A DNA stretch of 64,000 bases. Source: Chrysomallon squamiferum (lineage: Eukaryota > Animalia > Mollusca). This document shows positions 42,854 through 56,521 of the stretch, one piece after another (positions within the stretch are counted from its first letter, which is position 1; every line of letters begins with the position of its first letter). The notes below the pieces were generated by a model that ran no database searches, had not been told where the DNA came from, and saw only the letters and a program-made list of their open reading frames with translations. The stretch is from the NCBI GenBank assembly GCA_012295275.1, contig CM022668.1:3100001-3164000 (forward strand). The letters are read 5' to 3'. Position numbers and translations under genes: made by a program.

Positions 42854-45026
42854 CTTTGGCCCCATTTTGCACTTAAAGGCCGGAGTACTTCCTGTTTCAT
42901 AAAACGAGCACTTAACGACGAACCTAAGCAAATTACAGATTAAGACTGCAACAAAAGAATCAATTAATACACCATAAAAATGCTAGAAATAATTATTCAT
43001 TAGAAAACTAAATGATTTGGTAGGTTTTATTTTATCTTTCTCCCGCACTAATGCATTGGACATAATAACGGAATGTAAAACAAAAGAAAAAAATATAATA
43101 AAAAATAAATTAATAAAAAATAATAATAAAATACACATATATCAAGTATTGATTAGAAAAAAGAAACAAACAATGTTTTTCATGGTTTGTAGTTTGCTTG
43201 TTGTAACAGACCTATATTATTTCTGTGTGATGACTTGCTGTTAGAGGTTGTTTATATGTAAGGAACCACTTCTCATCTGGGAATTGTCAGTAATAAAAGA
43301 GAAAATAAAATAAAGAAATAATTCACTGCTACAAACTAAGCACGACATTTGAAAATTTACTTTATTTGTTCTGTAATTGGAATTTTTGTCAAGTTAATGG
43401 GATAAAAACTCGACATTTCTCTTTAATTAGTTGTCAGAGTAAAGGTATTTGTCGGATTTGAATGAAACAAAAGACTAATTTCTTTGCCTATCAATTTGAA
43501 AGGTAATTTTATGGCCACGCACCGAATAGAGAGGTTAATGTATACAAATACTCGAAAAATTTGACCAGCAGAAAAGACAAAAAAAAAAAAATATTAAATA
43601 TGTTTTTCCAAGTAATTTTTCCTTCTTCTTGTTGCTGTTTCTTATTAATACAAACCCATAGTTCGATGCTAATATAATTAATTACAAATTGTCTAATTAG
43701 TTTATGTCCGTTCCGAAATAATTTGCTAAATAATTATTCTCTTTTTGTTTGTTTGTGGTCTTTTCTTTTCTTCTTCTTTTCAGTTTTTGTTTCTTGTGTA
43801 ATGTTAATTTTTGTACATCGGTGCAAAAAATTGGCTCTTTATACTTGGTAAACTATGAAATGATTTTTTATTATTTTTTGATTACTTTCTTATTAAAATA
43901 GTATAACCGTGATTATTTTTTTTCCCCTGTTTATTTTGACCGTGTTTCTATATATATATTTTTTGGGGGTGATTTTGCTGTAAAACTACTTTGGGGAATG
44001 CTGTCTGGGAGCAATGGCGTCCAGTCTAAATACAAAAACGAAAGAGAGATGAGCCGAGTTCCGAAGAGTTTATTGCTGGTCAGCCAAGTGCGTTGTAACT
44101 GGACACTGGTCTGTGCGTTATTTTATAGCACTCGGCTCATATCGTTAGGTATTAATGTATTTAGGTATTTTAATAGTTGTCAAGATTACTGCCGTAATTT
44201 AATTATAAGACGTCTTTTATCTACAGCGGTCCTTTAATCGATTTTAATTATTACCGTTATGTATTAATGTATTTAGGTATTTTAATTATTATTATGAATT
44301 AATGTATTTAGGTATTTTAATTAATTATAATGTCTGTTGTTAGATTGGATGGATTGTAACTTGACGACTTTGGCTTTACAACTTTGGTTGCTATAGTTAA
44401 ATATATTTTATTTTAATCTGCTTATGGCATGTCCAAGTTAGGCGTTTTTCAGACTGTGATAGAAGCATTGTAATTTATTGATTTGAGAGTCCAAGCTACG
44501 TTGTAACGACAGTACTATTAGTAAAATTAAAATCTACTACGACTGATGCTGTATGATATAACAACAACAACAACCACAGCAATAACGGTCATACTACTAC
44601 TACTACTAATAATAATAATATAAATAGTACTAATAGTAGTAGTAAAACAATTATTTGAAATGTATCAAATATATGTAGTCTTCAGTATCACAAATTTACT
44701 TTAAAAAAAAAAAAATAGCAATAATAATAAATAAACCTAAAAACATCAAAATATACAAAAACGTTACTAAAGAATAAACAAATTTAAAAATATAAAAATT
44801 GGAATATGCACGAAATATCTTAAATAAACGGCAAAATATTTATTTGTGCAAATATGCAAATTAACTCAAGAAGAATCCGTCAAGAAATTGTTGAAGTATA
44901 TTCAGCTGTTTCATGCATTGCCAAAGAAGAAATAAATAAATAAATAAATAAAAATCATAATAATAATAATCATAAACTAAAGTACGTTCAAAATTTACGC
45001 CAAACGTTTGTACGACCAAAAGGACA

Positions 45027-45544
45027 CTAAATTGAGAGAGACGAAACGACGCCACTTTGAATACACGACTTTCGTTTCTTCGTTATGACAGAGCGACACA
45101 TTCGCTTCAACTCGTTTCGAAACCTTTGACCGGAGAAACTGTAAAATATGAAATTCACTGCATGATTGGTGTACGACATGTTGTTAATAATACTGTACAG
45201 CAGATCCATAACAGCTAACTCTTTCGGTGTCGTAGGGGTCCAAGCGTTCCTTCGAAGTACAAGAAATATTCCGATTGGTCCGGTTAGTACGAGAAAGGAA
45301 AAAGAGACCAATAGCAGCATCGTTGTCATCTGTCGTTGGTTCGTCCTGATTTCGAAGCTTCCCGACTGCAGCATGAATCGACGCCTGTCAGAGTTCTTTT
45401 TCATGTGATACATCATGATGATGTTTAGAACAAAGAGTGACGTCATAGGGAGAATGCAGTAGATGAAGGAGTCGATCCACGGGTAAATGTGATAGAGAAA
45501 AAGTCGAGTGGTGTTCCCGCCAGTACTGCCGCAGTAATAAAAAC
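45027..45544 (-). CDS. GPCR paralog 3, exon 2; joined product 370 aa
   Basis: Acceptor ttcttgcacAG (45546-45545), then G-FYYCG. Motifs YPWIDS, LTGP and NHAVNFIFYSFSGQRFR. Confidence 0.92.
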
Positions 45545-45578
45545 CTGTGCAAGAAAGATATAACTTTACAACTATAAT

Positions 45579-45760
<182 letters not shown>

Positions 45761-45770
45761 GTATCTCTGT

Positions 45771-45877
<107 letters not shown>

Positions 45878-46112
45878 ATCATTGTAACCAAAATAAATTT
45901 ATTGATCTGTTCATTGTAAAAATTAGCTCAGGATGTTTCCGTCATTAAAATGAATTCTTGCTATTAAACTTTTGTCATATTTGATAATCCCTATCATGCA
46001 GATTGCCATGGGGTGGGGGGAAATAAAAAAAAATAATAAAAAAAAAAAAAAAAATAAAAAATAAATAAATAAATAAATATAAATGAATAAATAAATAATA
46101 ATTAAATCAAAA

Positions 46113-46149
<37 letters not shown>

Positions 46150-46254
46150 ACAAATAAATCAAAATCAAAATCAAAATAAAATAAATTTTACAAAAATAAG
46201 AATAGTGAAAATTTCAACAGAGTTTGGAATATTTCAGCTTTTTAACACGCTTAC

Positions 46255-46849
46255 CCGTTATTTTCGACTTTCTTGCAATTCTGATAAAGAAGTGATGAAG
46301 ATTCAGACCAAACGAAAAGAGAAACCCGCAGACAATGACAACAACAGTTTTCTTCTTTGACACCCACAGGTTCGCTTTGAGCGGGAAAACCACGACAAGA
46401 AACCTCTCCGCCGTCACAGCAACGACGAAGATGACGTTGCTGTGAATGGAGAAGTAGAAGACGAAGTTGATGATTTTGCACGTCGCTGTATTGACGATGT
46501 TTAGTTCCGGCATCTCGGAAGCAACGTATCGAAACAGACTGATAAACAATATGAGAGTGTCTAAGACAGAAATCACTGCCAGGTATATTGCTGTGGTGCT
46601 CTTCCGTAAGGTGGAAAACACCAGAACTACAAAGGAAATAACATTTCCGGGTATTCCGATGAGCAGAATTATGGGCAGTACGTAAAGATTTATCTTCAAA
46701 GAAATCTGATACTCCAGAAAGTCTTGCTTCTTCAAAACACTGCTTGCTGTTGTCGTATACGATGTATTTTCAACGTCAGTCGACACGTAGTAATCTGTAC
46801 TCCACGTGCTCTGGACAGATAGTGACGTGTTTTCCTCGAAATTTACCAT
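46255..46849 (-). CDS. GPCR paralog 3, exon 1 (TM1-TM4)
   Basis: Acceptor ttttgttAG (46896-46895), ATG at 46849. Ser/Thr-rich N-terminus with sequons; motifs DFLEY, GIPGN, ISVLD and ERF. Donor G|GTAAGC, phase 1. Confidence 0.9.
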
Positions 46850-47105
46850 CTTGAGTATTTTGTCCAGGCTTTGAAACAAGATCAGCGATGTTACCTAACA
46901 AAATTTAACAAAATAGTATTACTACTGCGACAACAACAGCAAAAACAATTAATACTGGTACCAAAATAACAACTAAAGCTACTAAGATATCATCAATACT
47001 ACTTCTAGGTCTTTTGCTGCTACAACAACTTCGAAAACTTCTGCCTTCTGTTCTACTACAGTTATTTTCTGCTTCTACCCCAACTACTACAGCTACCGAT
47101 AATAA

Positions 47106-47137
<32 letters not shown>

Positions 47138-47627
47138 GTTATTATAATGGAATATTTTAAATGCCTCTTGATCAGGGCAAAAAAAAAATTCTTTTTATGT
47201 CTTTTAATACACATTCTTCGAAATGTGGTTGGAACTGGAAATTAGCCAATGGGAGGATTGATCCTGCAAACCACTGAACGTCAGAAAAGCGCATTGTAAA
47301 CAACCTATAACCCATGATAGTCAGCATTCAGTATTTTCATTATTTCACTCATGCTGTTAATGAGTAGGTGTATCTCTATTTGGCTCTCTTTATTCATTTT
47401 TTGTTTTTTAAATTAAGTCTATATTTATGAAGTTCTAATATAAATACAGTTGTAAATATCAGTCTACATTCTCGTAATGTTTATATTTGGCGACCGGCAA
47501 TCTTTAAATAAAACGGAAGAATGAAAGATCCAAATCGAAAGAAAATCAAAGGAAAATCAAAAATAGAACACAAATCTAAAAATACAGCGATAGAAAACCT
47601 ATAATAAACAGAGTGTCTGAGAGAGAC

Positions 47628-47764
<137 letters not shown>

Positions 47765-49396
47765 ACAAGACAGAAAAATAAGGAAAGAAGAAAACAGTGA
47801 TTTTCCCATACAGTGTATATATTAATCTAGAAATTGGTGTCTAGACTGTATATATTAATCTACATAGCTGTGTCTACACTGTATATATTAGTCTACAAAA
47901 CGGTAATCTCTGTGTAAATTAATTTTCTTACCTTTTCCTTTGCCTGCCTCCGCTAACTCGTCTGAGAAAACCATCGAGTGCCGCCAGTTCATATTGACAG
48001 AGAGGTTGACAAAACAGGAAAAGCAAACGAAACAACACCTGTATTTGTTTTCCTTTAGAAACAAATCGTTAAGAAAAAAAGTATCACTGATCACACACTC
48101 GTCCTATTATTTATGTCTGGTATTTACTTATACCTCATCACACAGAATCATTTATTTATTTTTTTATTATTATTATTGTTTTTTTTCTATCTGTTTTGTC
48201 TCACTTCCTATTTTTTATTGACTGTGCATTTTCTTTGGTTTATACTCAAATAATCGGGGTGGTTTTTTAATGAATGTAATTATTATACTGCCTCTACAGT
48301 ATTTTTTTTTTTTTTTTTTTTTTGAGTTTATGTTACTTCAGAACGTGAAGTCGTGTTTAACAGTTATTGTCTTACATTGTCATCTACGTCATTAGATCTG
48401 GAGAACGTGATTTTGAGACGAAAACAGACGATTACGTCACTGAATGTGTGTTTATATAAATTACACACGCATTTTTGGTTTTATTCACTTAAAATTATAT
48501 CGCATTGTATTATATTGTTATATAGTTAGAGAGATTTAAAAAATGATTACGTCATAGAAAGGATATTTTTAAAAAGTACATAATTTCAGTGGTTATCATA
48601 AATTAAGATTATTTTCTGTTGTATGAGACATATATATATATATATATTTTTTTTTTTCTTCTTCTTTTTAAAACGTGACCTAATTCGACGAAACAGAAAA
48701 CGAATTATGTCATAAAATGTAAACTGTTTAATAGTACACGTTTCGTGATATATTAATAATATGACATTATTATGATGAGCAATGTATACATATATTGTCA
48801 TATACGTCATTACACTGGTATTGACGTCACTACATTTTGAAAACATATATTTTTGGAAGTCATTGCGTCACATGATGTGTATTTCTAAATAATAGATGTC
48901 TTCGTTTCAATAACGTAAAAATGTCATGCTGTACAATTAATTGTATTACATTCAATATATACGTCTTTATAATTAAAAAAATATATATAATTTAAAGATA
49001 GGCGCGTTGCATCTCTTGTTGATATTGTTAGTCAATACGTATCTTTCATGACGTACTGACATAAAATTATCATGATGTAAAGCGCGTAGTACTAAAATTA
49101 ACAATACATGGATACGTGTTATTGTCATCTACGTCACTAGAAATATAAAAAGTGTATTCATTACGTATATTTCACTATTTGTTTTAGAAAATGTAATACA
49201 CAGGATATTGAATGACGTAACGTTCACGTAAATGTATACAAAACTAACATCTTAGAAATGTAAAAGAAAGTACGTCAGTGAAATTTTATAGCATTTATCA
49301 TCGTAAATATCATGGTGTCGTAGTTATTATTGTTGTTGTTCTTTTTCTTTTTCGTCATCTTCTTGTTGTTATTAACACTACTGCTGCTACTGCTGC

Positions 49397-49445
<49 letters not shown>

Positions 49446-49796
49446 ATTACTACTACTACTACTTCTGCTACTACCAATACTACTATTATTATTGTTATTG
49501 TTTTTTTTATTGTTGTTGTTAAGAAGTTACAAAGCTAACAGATGAAGACAGATATTATTAACGTTGTTACTATTTCTACTATTACAGTTAACAGTAATAG
49601 CTGCAGAACGTTAAAAAATACAAGCAGAAGCAACAGCAGCAGCAACAGCAGCAGCAGCAGCAGTAATAGTAGCAGTAGTCGTAGTAAATATAGCAGCGTT
49701 AGTAACAGAAATAACATTATTTGGAAAATATTTGCAATTTCAAGTTAGTTATTTTCAAGTTTGGTTCGTGATTACATGATCTTGTATATCAAAGAC

Positions 49797-50045
49797 AAAT
49801 AAACGTGATGCTACTCCACCTAAACTCTTCTGCGTCGTCTGAATACCCAAGTACGCATTTCCTGGGCATACAGCCCTTAACTCCGTGCTGCTTGACCCTG
49901 AAAATCTTAGTATGTTATAAAACAATTAATCTGGAAAAAAAAAAAAAGAAATTCTTGTAAACATCGTAATTAACATAGCCCGTACGTGAGGCGCGAACTC
50001 GGAACCGTTGATTCCAGTGTCGACGTCTTAACCACATCACTGGTC
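49797..50045 (-). mobile_element. tRNA-derived SINE copy
   Basis: The minus strand has an A-box-like TGATGTGGTTAAG (~50039-50027) and a B-box-like GAGTTCGCGCC (~50000-49990), followed by a GC-richer body. No complete tRNA cloverleaf is visible. Confidence 0.5.
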
Positions 50046-50318
50046 AGATGAAATGATAAAGTGAAGAGCAAATAGGTGGCGTTATCTGTTCGCTTTATTA
50101 CTGGAGCGTTCGTCCATAAAAATAATAATCATTAACCTTGAAACTGTCTCGTGTGAAAACAGTGTCCAGGTGAGGTTAGTGCGAACAGTCCATCCACGTG
50201 AGAGGCACGTGCAGCTTGTTTTAATATTATTTTATTGACCAGGTAAGATAGACGAGTGTTTATTTTTATTATTATTGTTATTTTTTTATTATTATTATTT
50301 TTTTTTTTTTTTTTTTAT

Positions 50319-50352
<34 letters not shown>

Positions 50353-50544
50353 GTTTTGCTTTTTTATTTATTTATTTATTTATTCTTTTATTATAACTAT
50401 TATTAATATATTTCATCGTCGTTTTCTTTATGTTTAAAAATTTCAGTTCATACTTCTGTAAAAGCATAAAACTAGTCATTGATGTTAAACAAATGATTAT
50501 ATTTCAAACCTTATTTCAGTGTTCTTTTATATATATATATATAT

Positions 50545-50578
<34 letters not shown>

Positions 50579-50712
50579 TGATAGATAGATAGATTTATAA
50601 TATATCGTTTATTTGTTTCGGTCAAGTGTTCAGAAAGATGTAGAGTATCTATGTATTTAAGTATTTTTTTTCTTTTCATTAAGTGGCGAATTTTTGGTTA
50701 GCTCAGTATGTG

Positions 50713-50767
<55 letters not shown>

Positions 50768-50811
50768 TTATTTATGTAAAATTATTTAAACGAATTTTTC
50801 TAAACATTTAA

Positions 50812-50861
<50 letters not shown>

Positions 50862-50932
50862 ATTTTTTTAATTATTTTTTTATTTTAAATTTATTTTTTA
50901 TTTTTTTCATTACATATTTCAGGTAAAATAAA

Positions 50933-51521
50933 ATGGCATCGACAACACATTACACTTTGAACACAGTCGCCGCAGTAGTTGATGTATCAGAAAACACGTC
51001 ACGTTTTCATACTTCTACGGACAAGCTCGACACAACAGAAGATAATCTCTCAGACTATTTCGAATACAGACTCGCCATCAAGATAGCTTTGATCTACATT
51101 CCGGTCCTGGCAACGCTGGGAATTGTGGGAAACATGCTATCGCTGTGCGTTCTTTTGTTTTCCTCCTTTCGAAAGAGCACCACGTCCTGGTACCTGGCTA
51201 CGATAGCGGTGCTAGACACGGTCGTTCTCTTGTACAGCGTCAACGACTTGGTCTATCGAGCTCTGCCGTATTGCGCTGCCTACAACGACGTCACCTGTCC
51301 CATCATTAAGTTCCTTTTCTATTTCTCCATCCACTTCGACGTGCTCGTCCTCGTTGCCATGACGATAGAACGTTTCATTGTCGTGAGGTTTCCGCTGCGT
51401 GCTCAAACGATGATAACGCGAAGACGAACGCTGAGAATTATTTTAAGTATAGGAGTGTTTTCTTTCGCTCTCAACCTCTTCAACCTCTTCTCTCGTTTCA
51501 TGACCACAGACCCTTTTACAG
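50933..51521 (+). CDS. GPCR paralog 4 (most divergent), exon 1 (TM1-TM4)
   Basis: Acceptor tttcAG ends at 50922, ATG at 50933. Motifs DYFEY, GIVGN, IAVLD and ERF. Homologous donor G|GTAATT, phase 1; alternative in-frame donor at 51545. Confidence 0.9.
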
Positions 51522-52298
51522 GTAATTATATTTCTAGTTATACAGGTAAGTACTGTAAGTTCAAACACAGTCACAGGTAATTATATTTCTAGTTATACAG
51601 GTAAGTAATATATAAGTTCAAAGAGTCAATTAATTATATTTCTAGTTATACAAACACAGTCACAGGTAATTATATTTCTAGTTATACAGGTAAGTACTGT
51701 AAGTTCAAACACAGTCACAGGTAATTATATTTCTAGTTATACAGGTAAGTAATATATAAGTTCAAAGAGTCACAGGTAATTATATTTCTAGTTATACAGG
51801 TAAGTAATATATAAGTTCAAAGAGTCACAGGTAATTATATTTCTAGTTATACAGGTAAGTAATATAAGTTCAAAGACGGTTACAGGTAATTATATTTCTA
51901 GTTATACAGGTAAGTAATATATAAGGTCAAACACAGCCACAGGTATATATTTCTAGTTATACAGGTAAGTAATATATAAGTTCAAACACAGTCACAGGTA
52001 ATTATATTTCTAGTTATACAGGTAAGTAATATATAAGTTCAAAGATACAGGTCAAACACGTTCAAAGTCACAGGTAATTATATTTCTAGTTATACAGGTA
52101 ATTATATTCAAAGACGGTTTAATTATATTTCTAGTTATACAGGTAAGTAATATATAAGGTCAAACACAGTCTCAGGTAATTATATTTCTAGTTATACAGG
52201 TAAGTAATAAAAAGGTGACATTTATATTTCTAGTTATACAGGTCAGTAATATATAAGTTCAAACAACAATAATTATTTTCTAGTTATACAGGTAAGTA
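51517..52298 (+). repeat. ~55-bp minisatellite (~15 copies) starting at the GPCR4 exon-1 donor; intact units carry two CAG|GTAA sites
   Basis: Unit CACAG GTAATTATATTTCTAGTTATACAG GTAAGTAATATATAAGTTCAAACACAGT. Distal copies are degraded. Confidence 0.92.
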
Positions 52299-52473
52299 AT
52301 AAAAGTGCATTTGCTGCTGAAGGAAACCCTGCAACAATAATATTTTCTTATAATTTGTTTCATCTAAAACAACAACAACAATAACAGTGATGATATTTTC
52401 TTTCTGTTTATTTCATTTCTTTATTTCATTTTTTTAAAAATTCCTTTCTCATTATCTAACTGTATTTTTTCTA

Positions 52474-52540
<67 letters not shown>

Positions 52541-52678
52541 TTTAATTGTTTTTTTCATTATTCCTGTTTTTAAAGAAATTTTTTTTAATATTACTTTTAT
52601 TGTTATCATTATTATCATTATTAATAGTATTATTATCATCATCATCATCATTACTGTTATTATTATTATTATTATTAA

Positions 52679-52729
<51 letters not shown>

Positions 52730-52731
52730 TA

Positions 52732-52808
<77 letters not shown>

Positions 52809-52954
52809 TTCTTTTTTTCTTTTTTCTTTTTCTTTCTCCTCCTTTCTTATTTGTTTGTTTTTGTTTTTTTTTTGCTTTTTTTTTGCTTTTCAAACGAGTG
52901 TTTGATTTCTAAGATAATAAATAAATATTTTTTCTTCACCGGTTTTATCGACAG

Positions 52955-53526
52955 GTAAATGCTTATGCTGGACGTACGGAGAGACAAACGTGTTCTTCAT
53001 CACTCGCGTGTACCCGTGGATCGACTCCACCGTTTACTACATCGTCCCGGCCACGTCCTTGTTCATATTCAACATCCTCATCCTGGTCAGCGTGAAGCGA
53101 GCGGCCAGGCAGCGGCAGACGATGGACTCGACGTCGAGGATGAGCCAGGGTCAAGGTCAGCAGATGACGTCAATGTTGATCTTCGTCTCGTTCGCGTACC
53201 TCGTCCTGGCGAGTCCGATCGCGATGGTGCTGATGGTGCAGCGCACGGGGTTGGCGTGGAATTTCACGACGACGCGAGGTCGCGCCACGGCGGCGTTGAT
53301 ACAGACGTTGACGGACGACATGATGTACACCAACCACGGCGTCAACTTCATCTTCTACTGCCTCAGCGGGAAGCGGTTTCGGGACGAGCTGAAGAGGCTG
53401 GTTTGCTGCGCGTCGCTCAGACAACGACAGAAGATCGCGAATTCAGGCAGCGGTGACGTCGTCGACGTAGCAGCAACGTCTAGAACGATATCGACTGGAA
53501 GAATTGAAATTAGTGTCACAATCTGA
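52955..53526 (+). CDS. GPCR paralog 4, exon 2; joined product 386 aa (394 aa with the alternative donor)
   Basis: Acceptor tttatcgacAG ends at 52954, then G-KCLCW. Motifs YPWIDS, LASP and NHGVNFIFYCLSGKRFR. Confidence 0.92.
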
Positions 53527-53730
53527 GATGTACTACCAATATGATTTATTATTATTATTATTATCATTGTTGTTGTTAATAATATTATTATTATCTCTGT
53601 TAATTATTATTATTATTATTATTATTATTATTGTTGTTGTTGTTATTATTATTATTATTATTATTATCGTTGTTGTTGTTGTTGTTATTATTATTATTAA
53701 TATTATTCTCTCTGTTATTATTATTATTAT

Positions 53731-53777
<47 letters not shown>

Positions 53778-53785
53778 CATTGTTG

Positions 53786-53816
<31 letters not shown>

Positions 53817-53839
53817 CATTGTTGTTATTATTATTATTA

Positions 53840-53877
<38 letters not shown>

Positions 53878-55266
53878 TTGTTATTATTATTGTTAAAACA
53901 TTATTTAAAAAAGAATGGTTTCGGCCGTTCTGACAGAAGATTCTGAATTAACACGTGAACATGAGAACAACGTGTGAAAGCCTCAGTTCAAAACGAGACC
54001 TATCTATGTGATATTTCAATACACACTTACCATCATTTCCGTACATTTTACTCACGTACTGTGCATTTCTTGTTTATTTATTTTATACGTCAAACAATAT
54101 TTTGTCTTAATGTCACATTAGAACTGTATAGTCGATTATATTTTTTTAAATGCATCATACAAGATAATATATTATTCTATTCTAATTTGCATATTTTTAG
54201 AAGGTAGCTTTTTCGTTATTTATTTATTTTTTTTAGTTTGTTTCTGAAATTATTATGAAAAACTGAGTTTAATATTGTAATCTGGAAATTCGACATGCAA
54301 AGTAATGGTCAATTTTAATCGTTTTTATATCATATTTACATTTGTTTGTATGTTACTGTTTATTCAACTCAGGATTAAACACTCTTTCTATCAATATAAG
54401 ATTTCTCTCATTCTGCTTGTATGTGTATATGTATGTGTGTGAATGTGTATATGCATGTATATATGTGTGTGTGTATCTAAGAATGTATCTATTTATGTAT
54501 TTATGTGTTATATTTACAAACATCTAATTAAACACGCATGCATATATGCATACATGCATACCTACATACCTATTGACCTATCTAATTATATACCTACCTA
54601 CATACATTCATGCATACGTACATATATTCATTCAACAAAACTATATTTTATTATAAGATAAAACAAAAACAACTAAAAACATTAATTTACATGTAAATTA
54701 GTTTATTAATATCTCACATTTTTTCAAAACACAGTTTATTTCTACATTTATACAAAATACAATAAATATAAATATATAAATATATACGTTTAAGACAGTT
54801 TTTTTTTTAAAAACAACCATTAAGTTACATTTGATATGAGTATTTATTTTTATTTTCGTGCACACAACAAACAAACTTCTCTAAATCGTACACAACAATC
54901 TAATACATTAACCAGTGAACTTAAATATACCTTCGGAAATTTTCCTGCCAAAAAAAAAATCAGCCTAATTCATAAACTAATAAACTAAAACGAACATTTG
55001 AAACGAAAACGTCTTGGACCTAATTTAGAAAGTAATAAATTTGAAGAGGAATAACAATTGGATCTAATTCTGGAATTAATAAATTTAATAATTTATAAAA
55101 CAGAAAATTCACTGGAAACAACACTCGAGTTAATTCAGAAATTAAAAAAAAAAAATAAAATAAAATAAAATAAAATAAAATAAAATAAAAAATTCTAAAA
55201 CAGAAAAATCGCTAAAAAAAAACCAATAGGCCCTTTTCAGAAATTAAAAAAATAAATAAGTATATT

Positions 55267-55808
55267 TTATAAAACTGAAAATTCGGTGGACACACTTGTA
55301 CAACGTTTGTTGGCCAATCCGCGATTGGATGCTGGTTTCTTCTTCATAAACGCTCGACAGCAGATGAAGAAGATGCCTTTGAGTTCATTGCGAAACTTCT
55401 GCCCGCTGAAGCAGTAAAAAATGAAGTTCACTGCGTGGTTCGTGTACACCATGTTGTCGGTGATGCTGTGAATCAGACGCGAAATCGCTTTGTCCTTGTC
55501 GCTTTTCGAAATCCAGACATAGCGCTCGACTATCAGAATGATTCCCATTGGTCCCGTCAGGAAAAGAAAGAAGAACGAAACCATCAGCAGCATCACCGTC
55601 ATCTGTCGCTGACTGGAACTGCTCTCAGACGCCTGCGACGACATGCTTTGTCGTCTGCGCAGAGAGCTTTTCATATGACGTAGCATGATTATATTTAGAA
55701 CGAAGAGTGACGTCATAGGGATGACGCAGTATATCATGGAGTCGATCCAGGGGTAGATTTTGTATATGAAGAACTGTGCAGCGCGAACTGTGCCGCAGTA
55801 CGTTGCTC
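55267..55808 (-). CDS. GPCR paralog 5, exon 2; joined product 354 aa
   Basis: Acceptor ttttccccactAG (55810-55809), then G-ATYCG. Motifs YPWIDS, LTGP and NHAVNFIFYCFSGQKFR. Confidence 0.92.
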
Positions 55809-56325
55809 CTAGTGGGGAAAAAATAAAATAAATAAAAATAAAAATAATGTTTAAATATGCAGAAATATTAAGACAATTTTCGCGCCCTTTATTGATGACG
55901 TCATGTCGTTTATAAAACGAAATTAAACAAATAAATAAATAAACTAGGGAAAATACCAAGAAAAAGAAGAAAACATCTACAACAACAACAACATTAACAA
56001 TAAAAATAATAAGAAAAACAACAACGATGACGACGACGTCAAAGAACACAAAAACAATTTTTTATTTATTTATTTGTGACGCAAACAATTAAATCTAAAA
56101 ACAAAAATTAGTGCTATGTCAGAAGTCATTAAACTTTACAACAGTCTCCAGGCATTATTAATTTATGATCTTGAAAGAGAGAAATTTGCATTGTAACAGT
56201 AAGTTGTTTACTTCGTGAAGAATTTTGTTATTTAATACTAGAAAAACATGCTTTCTGTGTTTGCGTAAAATATCGCGTTATTCCTACGCGTGCTCAATCT
56301 CGCGATTTTTGACGCACATCGGTTT

Positions 56326-56521
56326 ACGCGGGGATCCGGGGTGGGGCACATAAACCCCCCCTTTATATTTTGACAACCCGAGGTGGTGGTGTTTCTGGTT
56401 TCCTCTCTGTGTGTTTCTTTCCTATGCTATAAAAGTTATTTCATCAAGACAATAAAATCACCCCTCTTTCTGAAATACATGACCTGCCACACCCCCTCTC
56501 TGATATGCAGGATCCGCCCTG
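56326..56521. mobile_element. Probable PIF/Harbinger-type MITE in the GPCR5 intron
   Basis: Imperfect inverted ends GCGGGGATCC ... GGATCCGCCCTG with G-runs and C-runs inside, resembling the common GGGGCGGATCC-ended MITE class. GC-rich island in an AT-rich intron. Confidence 0.45.

Noticed and set aside
49980-50045. Possible tRNA gene
   Set aside because: Only degenerate A/B boxes and no full cloverleaf; treated as a SINE head.
54735-54766. Opposed AATAAA signals suggesting overlapping 3' ends of GPCR4 and GPCR5
   Set aside because: AATAAA is ubiquitous in this AT-rich DNA, so this cannot be supported without 3'-end data.
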